Shown here one piece after another: positions 20,663-30,984 of a stretch of 64,000 nucleotides of DNA (position 1 is its first letter; every line of letters starts with the position of its first letter). Location of the stretch: the NCBI GenBank assembly GCA_040220235.1, contig JAVJTO010000044.1. The stretch is one strand, 5' to 3'. The notes under the pieces are model-generated. The model was not told the DNA's origin and ran no database searches. It saw nothing but the letters and a program-made list of their open reading frames with translations. This stretch comes from Coleofasciculus sp. B1-GNL1-01 (GTDB lineage: Bacteria > Cyanobacteriota > Cyanobacteriia > Cyanobacteriales > Coleofasciculaceae). Both the position numbers and the translations under genes were made by a program.

Positions 20663-20969
20663 TGAAGTTATAACCCTTACCGATTTACAAACAGTTTTGT
20701 TCCAGCCTCTAGAAAAATTAGAGCTGGATGTAAATAGGTAGAAGCTGAAGCCTGGTTTAGTAATTATTTGTACAAGATGCAATACTCATTTATTTCTTCA
20801 AGAGAGTGATTACAATCGTTTAGCCCATTAGATCTTGCACCATTAGATCATCGTTAGTTCCGCTAGTCTTAAAACCCCCAATACTTCGTCAAGTTAGAGG
20901 GCTTTATGTTTATACCTACTAATAAACGAACCATTATCCGGAATCACCCTTGATGTGGCGGAGTCGAGG

Positions 20970-21043
20970 TGCAGGGGAAGCAGGGGGAGCAGGGGGAGCT
21001 GGGGAAGCTGGGGGAGCAGGGGAAGCTGGGGAAGCTGGGGAAG
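20970..21043. repeat. 9-bp tandem repeat GGGGAAGC(A/T)
   Basis: About 8 degenerate units; shorter versions of the family at about 19410, 53513 and 62080. Confidence 0.85.
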
Positions 21044-21222
21044 TTAACTCAGAATTACAGCTCTTTGCGCTGTAATACAGTAGATCAAAGTCCCCCTTAT
21101 AGTTCCCCCTCCCGTCCCCCTTCAAATGGGGGAAGCCACAGGATGCTTCGCTTTTTTGGCTTATGGGATTGAGGGGGATCGACAATGTTCCGCATAGCAG
21201 AGCAAACTGCTGTATACCTTAC

Positions 21223-21379
21223 CTGATACCTGATAACTGATAACTGATAACTGATAACTGATAACTGATAACTGATAACTGATAACTGATAACTGATAAC
21301 TGATAACTGATACCTGATAACTGATACCTGATAACTGATAACTGATAACTGATAACTGATAACTGATAACTGATAACTG
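21223..21379. repeat. Heptamer tandem repeat (CTGATAA)n, about 22 units (STRR-like)
   Basis: Directly visible, with a few CTGATAC variants. Confidence 0.95.
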
Positions 21380-21385
21380 TTCCCT

Positions 21386-22189
21386 TTAAATCGATACTTC
21401 CTCAATATCAGCTAAATTGGGTAATAAATTATCTTGGCTAACCTCACTTTCTCCCGTTCGTTGACAGCGCACCGCAAAGCTACAGTTTTCACATTTACCC
21501 GCCGATATAGGCACTTGAGGAAAGGGGATATGATCATGTTGATAGCGGTGTAACCATCCAGATAGTCGAGTCAGCAACTCCGTTAAATCCGCTCTCGTTT
21601 TTTCATGTTGGACTCTATCGTAGGGAAACGTCAGACATTGGGGACGAGGTTTAGATTTAACAAACCAGTACGTCATCGAAATCTGTTCGGGTAAATAATC
21701 ACTGGTTTGAAGCAAAACATATCGGTATAAGCGCGTTTGCCAGTCTTTGGCTAACCGATGACGATTTGTCGGTAGAGGATAGGTTTTCCAGTCAAGTATT
21801 TGGGCGCTTTTTTCGTCTTCAATAAATAAGTCGTAAATAACCGTTAGTAAATAGCCTTGCATCGTTACCGTGCGACAATGTTCAGCATCACGAAAGGATT
21901 GAGAATGATGGGCAAATACCTCCGGTGCTGCTTCCATTAGCGCCGTCACCCAATGATTGAGTTGGGGATTATCCTTCAGCAACGAGTCTATCGGTAAGCC
22001 CAGTTCTCGTTGTTGCATTAACAGGTGAAAGTAACTTCCCCATGTCAAACGTTCTTGTTGTTCCGGTGAAACAGGACTTCCGCACTGATCCACATAAATA
22101 TATTGAAATTTACGCGGACAGGTTTCTAATAGATTGAGTTGTCCTTGGGATAAGCGAGTTAGGGAAACCGCCGTAGTTTGAGCATTCAT
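21386..22189 (-). CDS. PD-(D/E)XK nuclease-family protein
   Basis: LSQGQLNLLETCPRKFQ, IYDL...ILDWKT, WQTRLY, C..CSFAVRC. Confidence 0.85.
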   Translation of the reverse strand: MNAQTTAVSLTRLSQGQLNLLETCPRKFQYIYVDQCGSPVSPEQQERLTWGSYFHLLMQQRELGLPIDSLLKDNPQLNHWVTALMEAAPEVFAHHSQSFRDAEHCRTVTMQGYLLTVIYDLFIEDEKSAQILDWKTYPLPTNRHRLAKDWQTRLYRYVLLQTSDYLPEQISMTYWFVKSKPRPQCLTFPYDRVQHEKTRADLTELLTRLSGWLHRYQHDHIPFPQVPISAGKCENCSFAVRCQRTGESEVSQDNLLPNLADIEEVSI

Positions 22190-22785
22190 GGTTTGGTAAG
22201 GACAAATACACTGTCTTTATTCCCGCGTCCAATCCGCAGATTTTCGTCGAGATAAGTAATCTCCAACCAGCCCCGTTGCTCTCGACTTTCAATGTTAAAA
22301 TCAAGCGCCTTAAATTTTTTACCCGTTTCAATTTGCTGGATAAAGTTAGTCGGAGATTTATAATCAATTAAGCGTTGTAATCCGACAACAGACCGATCAA
22401 AATTAACATTAACGCGGCGTTCGGAAACGGGTTCAAACTGCGCTCCAACACTGATAATTCCCTCTAAGTAAGGCAAGCTGGAAACCTCGGCAATGTTATA
22501 AATTTTAGCGTCGGCGGTGCGAACACATTGGTAAATTTGACCCAATTGCCACAGGGGAAACCGACCTAGGTTTAACAAATCGCTACTGGTTGTGTAGAGT
22601 AATCGCCAGTTCCCTTCCAGTAAGTCCTGCGCTTCCAGTGGACGTGGCGTAGGGTTGCGGTCTTCTAATTGGGCAACGGCTGCCAAAATCGCTGTTTTTT
22701 CAGTGTCCGTTGCCAACAACCCCCGATTTTTTCCCGCGATCGCTTCTAATAACGTGGCTTTGCTAACCATCTGTAGTCCTGACAA
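22186..22785 (-). CDS. PAP/fibrillin-family protein
   Basis: LEDRNPTP, LLEGNWRLLYTT, WLEITYLDENLRIGRGN. Confidence 0.92.
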   Translation of the reverse strand: MSGLQMVSKATLLEAIAGKNRGLLATDTEKTAILAAVAQLEDRNPTPRPLEAQDLLEGNWRLLYTTSSDLLNLGRFPLWQLGQIYQCVRTADAKIYNIAEVSSLPYLEGIISVGAQFEPVSERRVNVNFDRSVVGLQRLIDYKSPTNFIQQIETGKKFKALDFNIESREQRGWLEITYLDENLRIGRGNKDSVFVLTKP

Positions 22786-22833
22786 TCCACCGTTAAATAT
22801 GGTATCATTTTTATCGACTTACTGAAATTTATT

Positions 22834-23061
22834 ATGTATAATCCTTCTTTGCGTGAAGAATCTCGTGAGCAACTGGCTCCAGTCATTGCCGTTCAACGTG
22901 AAACCTCAGTTTTAGAGTGGTTAGAATCAACGAATCGTCTGCTGGCGCGTGATCCGAGCGAGAAGGAGAGCGGCGATGATGAAGAGGAAATCACTGAATT
23001 GATGGGTGTCGAGGATAATGACTATGATGACGAGGAAGATGATGATCTAGATGAAGATTAA
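22834..23061 (+). CDS. DUF3134-like small acidic protein
   Basis: YNPSLREE...VLEWLESTNRL with an acidic tail. Confidence 0.7.
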   Translation: MYNPSLREESREQLAPVIAVQRETSVLEWLESTNRLLARDPSEKESGDDEEEITELMGVEDNDYDDEEDDDLDED

Positions 23062-23120
23062 CGGACGGGCTTAGAAGCTGTTGGCGTTATTTCTGCCTTC
23101 TTGTACTAGGGCGCGATCGC

Positions 23121-23897
23121 TTAATTCACAGCCTGCGCCCTGATCCACACAGCTAGCACCATCAAGAAAGCTAACCCCATGACTCCCGCGATCGGGTTAG
23201 AATCGACTCCGGTTATCCAAGGAGATACTTGACCCGAATACTGCACCAGTTGTCCCACATTAATCATGTAATAGCCCCAAACTAACCCCGCATGTAACCC
23301 AATGGGTAAACCCAAACGCCCTTGTCCTCGCTTTGCCCAAACTAAAGTTAATCCCAACAGCACTAATCCTGGAAATCCCGGTAACGTGCGAATAATTTCT
23401 CCGAGGGGTTTGAGAAAATGCAGCGTGGCAAAAATTAGCGCATCTGCCCAAAGAGATAGTTTATGAGAATAGTCTCGCTCCAACTCATCTAATAACCAAC
23501 CCCGAAAGACTAACTCCTCCGCTAAGCCAATACCCAAAGCGCTAACCAATCCTTCTAAAATAATCCGCCCCAATTGTTCTGGAGGAGGTTGAAACGTTAG
23601 CCATCCTAATCCCCCCTCTAACGCAAACAAAGTTAGGGTAAATAATAAACCAATACTTAATCCATTGAGCCAGTCTATTCCATTGCGCCGAGAGATGTAT
23701 AACCCATACTGCTTTAACAGTTGAGGTTCTCCATAAACAAAGCGTCCCCAAACTTGTAGTAGCCCTAAAAATTCCCCAAACAATAACGCCATCGTTAGAA
23801 TAGTGACGAGGTTTGAGTCATCGACTAAAAGGTAGATTGGCGCAGCTAAGGGTAACCAAAATAGCCCTAGGGTAAAAACAAACAAACCCAGCCGCAC
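23121..23897 (-). CDS. CPBP (CAAX/Abi) intramembrane metalloprotease
   Basis: EELVFRG, FATLH and IGLHAG motifs; start may lie slightly upstream. Confidence 0.9.
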   Translation of the reverse strand: MRLGLFVFTLGLFWLPLAAPIYLLVDDSNLVTILTMALLFGEFLGLLQVWGRFVYGEPQLLKQYGLYISRRNGIDWLNGLSIGLLFTLTLFALEGGLGWLTFQPPPEQLGRIILEGLVSALGIGLAEELVFRGWLLDELERDYSHKLSLWADALIFATLHFLKPLGEIIRTLPGFPGLVLLGLTLVWAKRGQGRLGLPIGLHAGLVWGYYMINVGQLVQYSGQVSPWITGVDSNPIAGVMGLAFLMVLAVWIRAQAVN

Positions 23898-23961
23898 AGG
23901 TGCTGGGTATTGAGCTAATTTCGGGAGGTTTTGTCTTAAAATGTTCAGGACTTACGTCTCC

Positions 23962-24249
23962 CTATTCATCCGGTTCAATCGTACTGGTTAAGCCGTGATT
24001 CTTCAACGTTTCACAATAGAACTCTGCATGTTCCAAAGCGCAGGTAATGACTAGAGCAATTCCTGAGTTATGCGCTTCCATCATAATATTGACAGCTTGC
24101 GGCTGAGTCAAACTCGGCACCGTCTGTATCAAGGCTTGCACCACATATTCCATCGGGTTGAAATCATCATTGTGGAGCAAAACACGATAGCGAGGTGCGG
24201 GTTTCCGAACGGTTGATGTTGAACGCTTTTCAATCGTTTCCACAGACAC
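23962..24249 (-). CDS. clpS: ATP-dependent Clp protease adaptor ClpS
   Basis: YRVLLHNDDFNPMEYV...IMMEAH. Confidence 0.95.
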   Translation of the reverse strand: MSVETIEKRSTSTVRKPAPRYRVLLHNDDFNPMEYVVQALIQTVPSLTQPQAVNIMMEAHNSGIALVITCALEHAEFYCETLKNHGLTSTIEPDE

Positions 24250-24510
24250 GGCTAGGCTTCTCCCTCTCGTTCAAGTGTTTACAAAAAAATAGTTGCCGGG
24301 ATACAGTTCCCTATTTTAGCTTTTTCTTTATATTACTCAACAATTATCAGACCAATCACCCGATTTGGCGAGTAGAGATAGCCGAATCTTGACTCGATTC
24401 CACCATCCTTATAGTCTTACTGTGTGACTAAATAACGTAAAGTGACGTATAGTTTATCGTTTAAACTCAAGTTCTCCCAATGCCTCGCTCTTTTTATAAA
24501 GCTTTTTCTC

Positions 24511-24990
24511 TCAAAAATAGGAGTGCTTATCTAACAACTTTTGAAACAAGTTGTCGGAAGCCCAAAAAGATGTATTCTGAAGGCTTTGAACAGCAACAGG
24601 TAGATCGATCAATTTCATCGTTGCTGCTTGATCTAGAATTCCTAAGATACCCGTAATGGCAAACCCTCTTTCTGTCGCGGTACGCCTTGCTTTCATATCA
24701 TCAAGTAACAGTAAATCTGCGTTGATTTCTTGGGCTAGAATAATAGCGGCTCGTTCTCCGGGATCGAGTAGATCAAGAATTGTATCCGAAGGTTGGTTGA
24801 CAGGCTGGATTTTGAGCCAATCAGGTGGAGTGGCAATCCAATTTTGGACAGGTGAGGGCGCAGAGACATCGGACAGTTCGCGGTAGACGGCTTGGGGAAT
24901 AATGATTTGTTGAAATAATTCGGGCAAAAGATGGATGTAACCAATCAAGATGAGGTAGTTGATTGGGGAGGTATTGGAGACAATAATCAT
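24511..24990 (-). CDS. DUF3368 / PIN-domain toxin
   Basis: IVSNTSPINYL, LDPGERAAI, LLLDD..AR, TGILGIL. Confidence 0.88.
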   Translation of the reverse strand: MIIVSNTSPINYLILIGYIHLLPELFQQIIIPQAVYRELSDVSAPSPVQNWIATPPDWLKIQPVNQPSDTILDLLDPGERAAIILAQEINADLLLLDDMKARRTATERGFAITGILGILDQAATMKLIDLPVAVQSLQNTSFWASDNLFQKLLDKHSYF

Positions 24991-25256
24991 TCTTGGGATA
25001 AAACATTGCGAATCGCTTGTGAATCCTGCTCTAGGTCGTCTTCCGTGTAAGGCAAGTAGGCTTTTTCACGCTTTAGAAATTCATAAGTTTCCCACCGGGA
25101 TGAGAAGTTGAGCATCTGGCGCACTTGGGCGGCTCCAATGTGTCCTTTCCGATAGTTATCAGCCACGATAAGTTCTAAAAATCGGCGGGAAATGTTGGCA
25201 GGTTGTAGTTGTAGTTGATTGGCGATGTTGTCGGGAATTTCGAGCGTGATTTGCAT
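24987..25256 (-). CDS. UPF0175-family antitoxin
   Basis: Overlaps the toxin start (ATGA); SRWETYEFLK...YTEDDLEQD. Confidence 0.85.
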   Translation of the reverse strand: MQITLEIPDNIANQLQLQPANISRRFLELIVADNYRKGHIGAAQVRQMLNFSSRWETYEFLKREKAYLPYTEDDLEQDSQAIRNVLSQE

Positions 25257-25366
25257 GATTTATGCTCATTAACTTATATGATATTCGGGAAATAACCCAT
25301 AATAAAAAAGCCTGCGACAATGGTGGTTACAGCATTGCTATTATGGGCAGTTCAGAGGATTTGATA

Positions 25367-28300
25367 TTACGGTTGACCGTAACGTTTTTGCACGACTTCA
25401 TAGAGGCAACGTGCCATTTCAACAGGAATTCCGGCAGGAGGACAGAGAATTTTTAGCCTTTCGATGCCACCTGCTAGGATAAATTTTATAAGGTCAGGAG
25501 TAGATTCAAGCCGCTCTAAGAATTTTTGGATAAAGGTCTGTTGTTGGGGTTCGGATGTAGGGGGATAGGTTTGAGCGAGTTGATTCAGCAGAGCTTGAAT
25601 CTTTTGGGCAGCTTCAGCAAGATCCTGCTCGGAGATGTTGATATTCTGCTTGGCATGTTGAATGAATTTAATATTGCTGCCTTCGCTGGCGACATTAACA
25701 CCGATGCTTGCTCCACGTTGATCGAAATTGTTGGTCATGTTATTAACTATTTTGATGCATTCATTTTCTATTTTATCAGTTATATTGAACTCTGGTGGTG
25801 AGTATTGAGCTATTTCGTAGTTGTAGAATCCGCAGCGTGATTGGATACCAGCGATCGCAGTAAGTAAATTTTCTCGAACTGTAATTTTTGGTTTTAACAG
25901 AAGCTTATTCAGTTGAGGTAACTCTTCAGAGTCCCAAATTTTACCTATTGCCTCAATAACCTTTGGATGAACAACAAGAGGATCAAGAGGGGTTTTAACT
26001 TCAATTGCTTGAAATAAAGCAGGAATTACTTTTTTGCTGCCAATTTCTCCCAATGCCTCAGCAGCACTGGCGCGAATCTGATGATTCTGATTTTCTAAAG
26101 CTTGCAATAGAGCAGGAATTTCATCTTCCCCTCCAACTCTACCTAACGATCTAGCAGCACTGGCGCGAATATTAGGATTTTTATTTTTCAAAGCCTCACA
26201 TAAAGCTGGAATTGCACTCTTGCCAATTTGCCCTAACTCATAAGCGACGATACGACAAACCTCAGTATCTTCATCATCTAATGCTTCAAGCAGAGTAAGA
26301 ATTGCCTCTTGATTACCAATTTGCCTCAAAGCCCTAGCAACCTGATAACAATTCTCGTGGGAGCAATATTTTAAGAATTCTCGAAGAGTAGGGATTGCTT
26401 CTGGGATGCCGAGTTTTCCCAATGCAATAGCAGCACTCCAACGGTCAGTATCTTCCTTTTTTTTCAAGGCGTGAAGCAGAACAGAGACTACTTCAGTATT
26501 TTTATTACCAATTTCTCCTAAAGCAATAGCGATACTCCAGCGAACACAAGGAAAATTATTCTCAAAAGCTGTGAGTAGATAGGGAATTTCTTCCTCACTG
26601 CCAATCTTACCTAATGCCTCGGCAGCTCTAGAACGAATAATACAATTTTCTACCTCCAAAGCGTTAAGCAGAGAAAAAATAGTAACTTGATGATCAATTT
26701 CCTTTAAATTGTCAATGGCTATTCTGCGAAGAAAGGACTCGTTCTGCTCCAAGGCAACTTTAACTAGAGTGAGAACGGCATCTTCAGCCTTAATTTTCGC
26801 TAGAGCAAAAATAGCGCTACTGCTAAACGAGTCATGAATACGAATAATAGGGTTGACATCTGTCTGAGAGTTCCAATCTTCCAGAGCTTGTTGTAGTGTA
26901 GGAATCGCAGCTTCATGACCCATTTTTCCTAGTGCAAGAGCAGCATATTTACGAACTTGGAAGTCTTGATGCTTCAAATGTTGAACCAGAGCCTGAATTA
27001 CTGCTTCACCATTAATTGCTGCTAATGCAGAGGCAGCATTCTTACGCACTTCGAGGTTATCGTCTTCCAGAGCTTGGAGCAGAGCAGGTACAGCCTCTGG
27101 ATTTGCGATTTGACCTAACGCAGAAGCCGCAGCAGCACGAATATGGGAATTTTTACCGACCAAAGCTTTCCTTAAATTAGGAATTGCTTTCTCACTACCT
27201 ATCTTTCCTAAAACTCTAGCAACTGTGGAACCAAGCCAATAATTTTTATGTTCTAAAGCTTTGATGAGAACAGGAATTGTAGACTCGTTACCTACTCTTG
27301 CCAATGCTTCTATAACTCTGTAATGAAGACTAGAATTTTCGCTTACGAGTTCTTGCTCTAAAAGAGGAATTACCTTCTCAGAGCGAGTCATGCCATATAG
27401 ATGAATCTTAAGAGAATGAGGAACATTCAATACATCAATTAAACCAACTGTCTCCTTCTGCCAATCAGGTTTTACTTCCCCTGCCAACCTTGCTCCTAAA
27501 CATAGATCTACCTTCAACGCTAGGTCTATTATTTTTATTGCTTGGTTTTTAGCTGTCTCTTCATTTATTTCTAATAGCCCAAGCATAAGTGCAATTGGCT
27601 CTGTCCATTTCAGGTAGTTGAGATAATGACACTTCAGTTTTTTTACACCTTCCTCATCTCTCAGAAGATCAGGTACATATTCCAGCAAGTATTCCGCCGC
27701 GTAATATTCCTGAATTAGTTGATGGTGAAAACTAACTTCTCTATCAGAGACTCTTTCTAAAAGGTGATACTTAAGCAAGTCTTCAATCCGGGAGGAAGTA
27801 CCATAACGCTCACCAAACCTTTCAGTAAGAACTTTTTCTGCTCGCTCATCAGAGATAATCAAGCCAGGATCGGTTGGCTCCGGATTGTTCAGCATTGTAA
27901 ACGCCAGATGTTCCAACCAACGATTCCAAGCTTGACGACGCTCATCTGTAACGGGTGCGTCTTCCTTATATTTTTTGAAAGACCGGAAAAATTGACGGAA
28001 TGCCTCTCCTAACGTCTCGACAACAGTGTCCTTTTCCTGAAACAATTGATACAGCATCCATAAAACAAATGGCGTGCGGCTCAACTCTCGATTGTCTCGG
28101 CTCAATAATTGCAATATTTGTTCCGCTTGAGCGGGCATACATTCTTGTAAAAAGCGATTGATTTCTGGAGGGCTAAGCGGTTGAACTTCTAACCTTCTTT
28201 TGATGCCCAAATCGCCGCTGCCTAGCTCTCGCGTTGTGCAAATGAATGGTATTTCTGAATCTTGGCACTCCTCTCGAAATGCTTTAAGTTCTGTACGAAC

Positions 28301-28816
28301 TGTGTCTGCTGGCATCTCGTTCAAGCCATCCAAGAGCAGAATCAGCCGTTTCTGAAACAATAGTTCTTCAACTTCGGGAATTTTCAGTTGTAGTTGTGGC
28401 TTAAGAGCATTTCTAATTAAAGTCAATATCCCCGAAGGATCTTCAGAGTTAGAAAAACGGATATTGTACCTTTTCAACGGAACCAGCACAGGAATTCGAG
28501 GTTCTGGTTTTTCAAGCTCCTTTTTTGCCAAACTGACTAAACAACGCAAAAGCGCGGTTGATTTGCCGACACCGGGCGAACCTACCAGTAAAATATGCTC
28601 GGATTCAACATAATTCTGGATTCCTTTAAGTATGGGCAGTGAAACTATCTGTGGCTTCTCTTCTCGTCTCTTCTCTTCAGTTTGCACCATCTGCTCAAAT
28701 GAGAAGGTTGCCTGTTTAGCCGCAATTGTTTCAGTCAACGCATCCACAGCCCACCACTGTTCGTAGCGGTGGCAGATGTTTCTTAGGTAATCCTGAAACT
28801 CGCTAGGGGCAATCAT
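25367..28816 (-). CDS. NACHT NTPase with HEAT (PBS-lyase-like) repeats
   Basis: Walker A GSPGVGKS, Walker B LLLDGLNE, FHHQLIQEYYAA, many R..AA.ALG.IG...AIP.L..AL repeats. Confidence 0.9.
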   Translation of the reverse strand: MIAPSEFQDYLRNICHRYEQWWAVDALTETIAAKQATFSFEQMVQTEEKRREEKPQIVSLPILKGIQNYVESEHILLVGSPGVGKSTALLRCLVSLAKKELEKPEPRIPVLVPLKRYNIRFSNSEDPSGILTLIRNALKPQLQLKIPEVEELLFQKRLILLLDGLNEMPADTVRTELKAFREECQDSEIPFICTTRELGSGDLGIKRRLEVQPLSPPEINRFLQECMPAQAEQILQLLSRDNRELSRTPFVLWMLYQLFQEKDTVVETLGEAFRQFFRSFKKYKEDAPVTDERRQAWNRWLEHLAFTMLNNPEPTDPGLIISDERAEKVLTERFGERYGTSSRIEDLLKYHLLERVSDREVSFHHQLIQEYYAAEYLLEYVPDLLRDEEGVKKLKCHYLNYLKWTEPIALMLGLLEINEETAKNQAIKIIDLALKVDLCLGARLAGEVKPDWQKETVGLIDVLNVPHSLKIHLYGMTRSEKVIPLLEQELVSENSSLHYRVIEALARVGNESTIPVLIKALEHKNYWLGSTVARVLGKIGSEKAIPNLRKALVGKNSHIRAAAASALGQIANPEAVPALLQALEDDNLEVRKNAASALAAINGEAVIQALVQHLKHQDFQVRKYAALALGKMGHEAAIPTLQQALEDWNSQTDVNPIIRIHDSFSSSAIFALAKIKAEDAVLTLVKVALEQNESFLRRIAIDNLKEIDHQVTIFSLLNALEVENCIIRSRAAEALGKIGSEEEIPYLLTAFENNFPCVRWSIAIALGEIGNKNTEVVSVLLHALKKKEDTDRWSAAIALGKLGIPEAIPTLREFLKYCSHENCYQVARALRQIGNQEAILTLLEALDDEDTEVCRIVAYELGQIGKSAIPALCEALKNKNPNIRASAARSLGRVGGEDEIPALLQALENQNHQIRASAAEALGEIGSKKVIPALFQAIEVKTPLDPLVVHPKVIEAIGKIWDSEELPQLNKLLLKPKITVRENLLTAIAGIQSRCGFYNYEIAQYSPPEFNITDKIENECIKIVNNMTNNFDQRGASIGVNVASEGSNIKFIQHAKQNINISEQDLAEAAQKIQALLNQLAQTYPPTSEPQQQTFIQKFLERLESTPDLIKFILAGGIERLKILCPPAGIPVEMARCLYEVVQKRYGQP

Positions 28817-28846
28817 GGGAGAGTGATGTTATATCCATCTTAAGAG

Positions 28847-28941
28847 GAATGGCACGCTCAAATGAGGCTGGTGGGCAATGCCCACCCTACGGTCTATCAA
28901 GGGTTTCGACGATCCGAAAAGGCAAATTTTTAGTGCCATTC
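28847..28941. mobile_element. 95-bp MITE with 9-bp terminal inverted repeats and a 10-bp target duplication
   Basis: GAATGGCAC...GTGCCATTC flanked by ATCTTAAGAG at 28837-46 and 28942-51; inverted relative at 33646-33739. Confidence 0.85.
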
Positions 28942-29182
28942 ATCTTAAGAGAGTCTTCTCTATGATAGGCTAGCTATCTGGCATAATGCCTCGATGATTA
29001 AACTGGAGACAGTTAGGAAACTGTTTGTGATGGTGAATAGCTGTAAAAACCCAAGCCGCAGGGTGTCCCAACCCACAAATTAATCTTACCAAAGTCACCC
29101 CTAACTCTCCTGAGTTGCCCAGTATCCGGTTCATACAGAAGTTTGTGATCGCACGCTTCTAAAGCTACAACGAGGTGAATCT

Positions 29183-29800
29183 ATGATCCAAGCCTTGCAA
29201 CCGCCGATTACGTTTGATGAGTTTATTGAGTGGCTACCAGAAACCGCTGAATGCCGCTATGAGTTACACCATGGGGTAATTGTTGAGATGCCCAAACCGA
29301 GAGGTAAGCATTCAAAGTTGTCAGGGGATTTAGCTTACAACGTAGGCACTGCAATTCGTCAGGCTTCCTTGCCCTATTTTATCCCTAAAGAATGTATTGT
29401 TCGTTCTCTGGATGGTACTTCTGGATATGAACCGGATGTCATTGTCCTAGATGAACCTGCACTGATTGATGAACCGGATTGGGAAAGTGGTTCTATCATC
29501 ACTCTGGGCAAATCGATCAAGATGATTATAGAAGTCGTTTCAAGCAACTGGCGGGATGATTACTTGATTAAGCTGGGAGAGTATGAAGCCTTGGGTATCC
29601 AGGAATATTGGATTGTGGATTATGCCGCATTGGGTGGGCGACGCTTCATTGGCAATCCCAAACAACCTACTTTAACGCTCTGTCAATTGGTAGAGGGGGA
29701 ATACGAGTTACAGCAATTTCGAGCAGGCGATCGCTTGATATCGCCCACTTTACCAAACCTAACGCTGACTATTGATCAGGTTTTGAAAGCAGCCCAGTAG
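29183..29800 (+). CDS. Uma2-family putative endonuclease
   Basis: TFDEFI..RYELH, YEPDVIV, IEVVSSNWRDDY..K..EY..LGIQEYWIVD. Confidence 0.92.
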   Translation: MIQALQPPITFDEFIEWLPETAECRYELHHGVIVEMPKPRGKHSKLSGDLAYNVGTAIRQASLPYFIPKECIVRSLDGTSGYEPDVIVLDEPALIDEPDWESGSIITLGKSIKMIIEVVSSNWRDDYLIKLGEYEALGIQEYWIVDYAALGGRRFIGNPKQPTLTLCQLVEGEYELQQFRAGDRLISPTLPNLTLTIDQVLKAAQ

Positions 29801-29904
29801 AGCGCGATCGCTCTTTTGAATACTTATTAGATTCGTCCGCCCCCATTCCTTAACGCTTACGCTATATTAAGATTAGTTAACGTTACTTAACATTATCGAG
29901 AACC

Positions 29905-30801
29905 ATGCAGGCGACCCCCGTTGCAGCAACGGCTACTATTCCTGGCATCTATTGGCAGTGGCGAGGACAGTCCATTTACTACGTCAAAGCGGGTGAGAAG
30001 CGATCGCATCATCCTCCTCTGTTACTGATCCACGGATTTGGTGCATCGACGGATCACTGGCGCAAGAATATCGCTGAACTCCAACAAGACTTTGAAGTTT
30101 GGGCAATTGACTTATTGGGGTTTGGACGATCCGCTAAACCAGACTGGCAATATAGTGGGGAGTTGTGGCGCGATCAGTTGCATGATTTTATCACTCAGGT
30201 GATTGGTCAGCCTGTGGTATTGGCAGGGAACTCCTTAGGCGGTTATTGTGCGCTATGTGTTGCAGCACAACGTCCTGATTCTGCGGCGGGAGTGGTGTTA
30301 CTCAATAGTGCAGGTCCGTTTACCGAGACGAAAGTTCCAGAGTCCGCGAATTCTGAGCGAAAGGGGTTCAAGAATATGACGCGATCGCTCTTATTGCAAC
30401 CTTGGGCGAGTTTCCTTCTGTTTCAGTACCTGCGGCGACGGGCGATCATTCGCAGAACCCTCAAGCAAGTTTATTTAGATCACAGCGCCATTACCGACCA
30501 ACTGGTAGAGGATATCTATCGCCCCTCCTGCGATCGCGGAGCGCATAAAGTCTTTGCCTCTGTCTTCAAATCGCCCCAAGGGGAAAAAATCGATGTGCTG
30601 CTTTCCCAATTACGCTGTCCCTTATTACTCTTGTGGGGAGAAGGTGATCCCTGGATGAATGCCAAACAACGGGGAGCAAAGTTCCGTCAGTATTATCCTC
30701 AACTGACAGAATACTATCTCCAAGCGGGTCATTGTCCCCATGATGAAGTTCCCGACCAAGTGAATGAACTACTACGGTCATGGGTGATTAAAAATTGCTA
30801 A
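29905..30801 (+). CDS. Alpha/beta-fold hydrolase
   Basis: HGFGAS, DLLGFG, GNSLGG, GHCPHDE. Confidence 0.92.
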   Translation: MQATPVAATATIPGIYWQWRGQSIYYVKAGEKRSHHPPLLLIHGFGASTDHWRKNIAELQQDFEVWAIDLLGFGRSAKPDWQYSGELWRDQLHDFITQVIGQPVVLAGNSLGGYCALCVAAQRPDSAAGVVLLNSAGPFTETKVPESANSERKGFKNMTRSLLLQPWASFLLFQYLRRRAIIRRTLKQVYLDHSAITDQLVEDIYRPSCDRGAHKVFASVFKSPQGEKIDVLLSQLRCPLLLLWGEGDPWMNAKQRGAKFRQYYPQLTEYYLQAGHCPHDEVPDQVNELLRSWVIKNC

Positions 30802-30984
30802 AGATTCGGACATTTTCGTACCACAACGATGTTAGGTGGAATGGCACGCTCCTTAAGCCCTGAACTAAAGTTCTCCTCTTAAAGCTCAAACCCGTTAAAA
30901 CGGGTTAAAAGCCCTTAATGTAGTAAGCTTGAGCTTACTTAAGCTTAAAGAGTGGAAAGACAAATAGCCTAGCACCGATGAGCC

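Noticed and set aside
20934..21185. ORFs with PASPA / GEQGKL repeats
   Set aside because: Artefacts of the 9-bp GGGGAAGCW tract.
21097..21405. ORF with (YQLSVIS)n repeats
   Set aside because: It is simply the translation of the heptamer tandem repeat.
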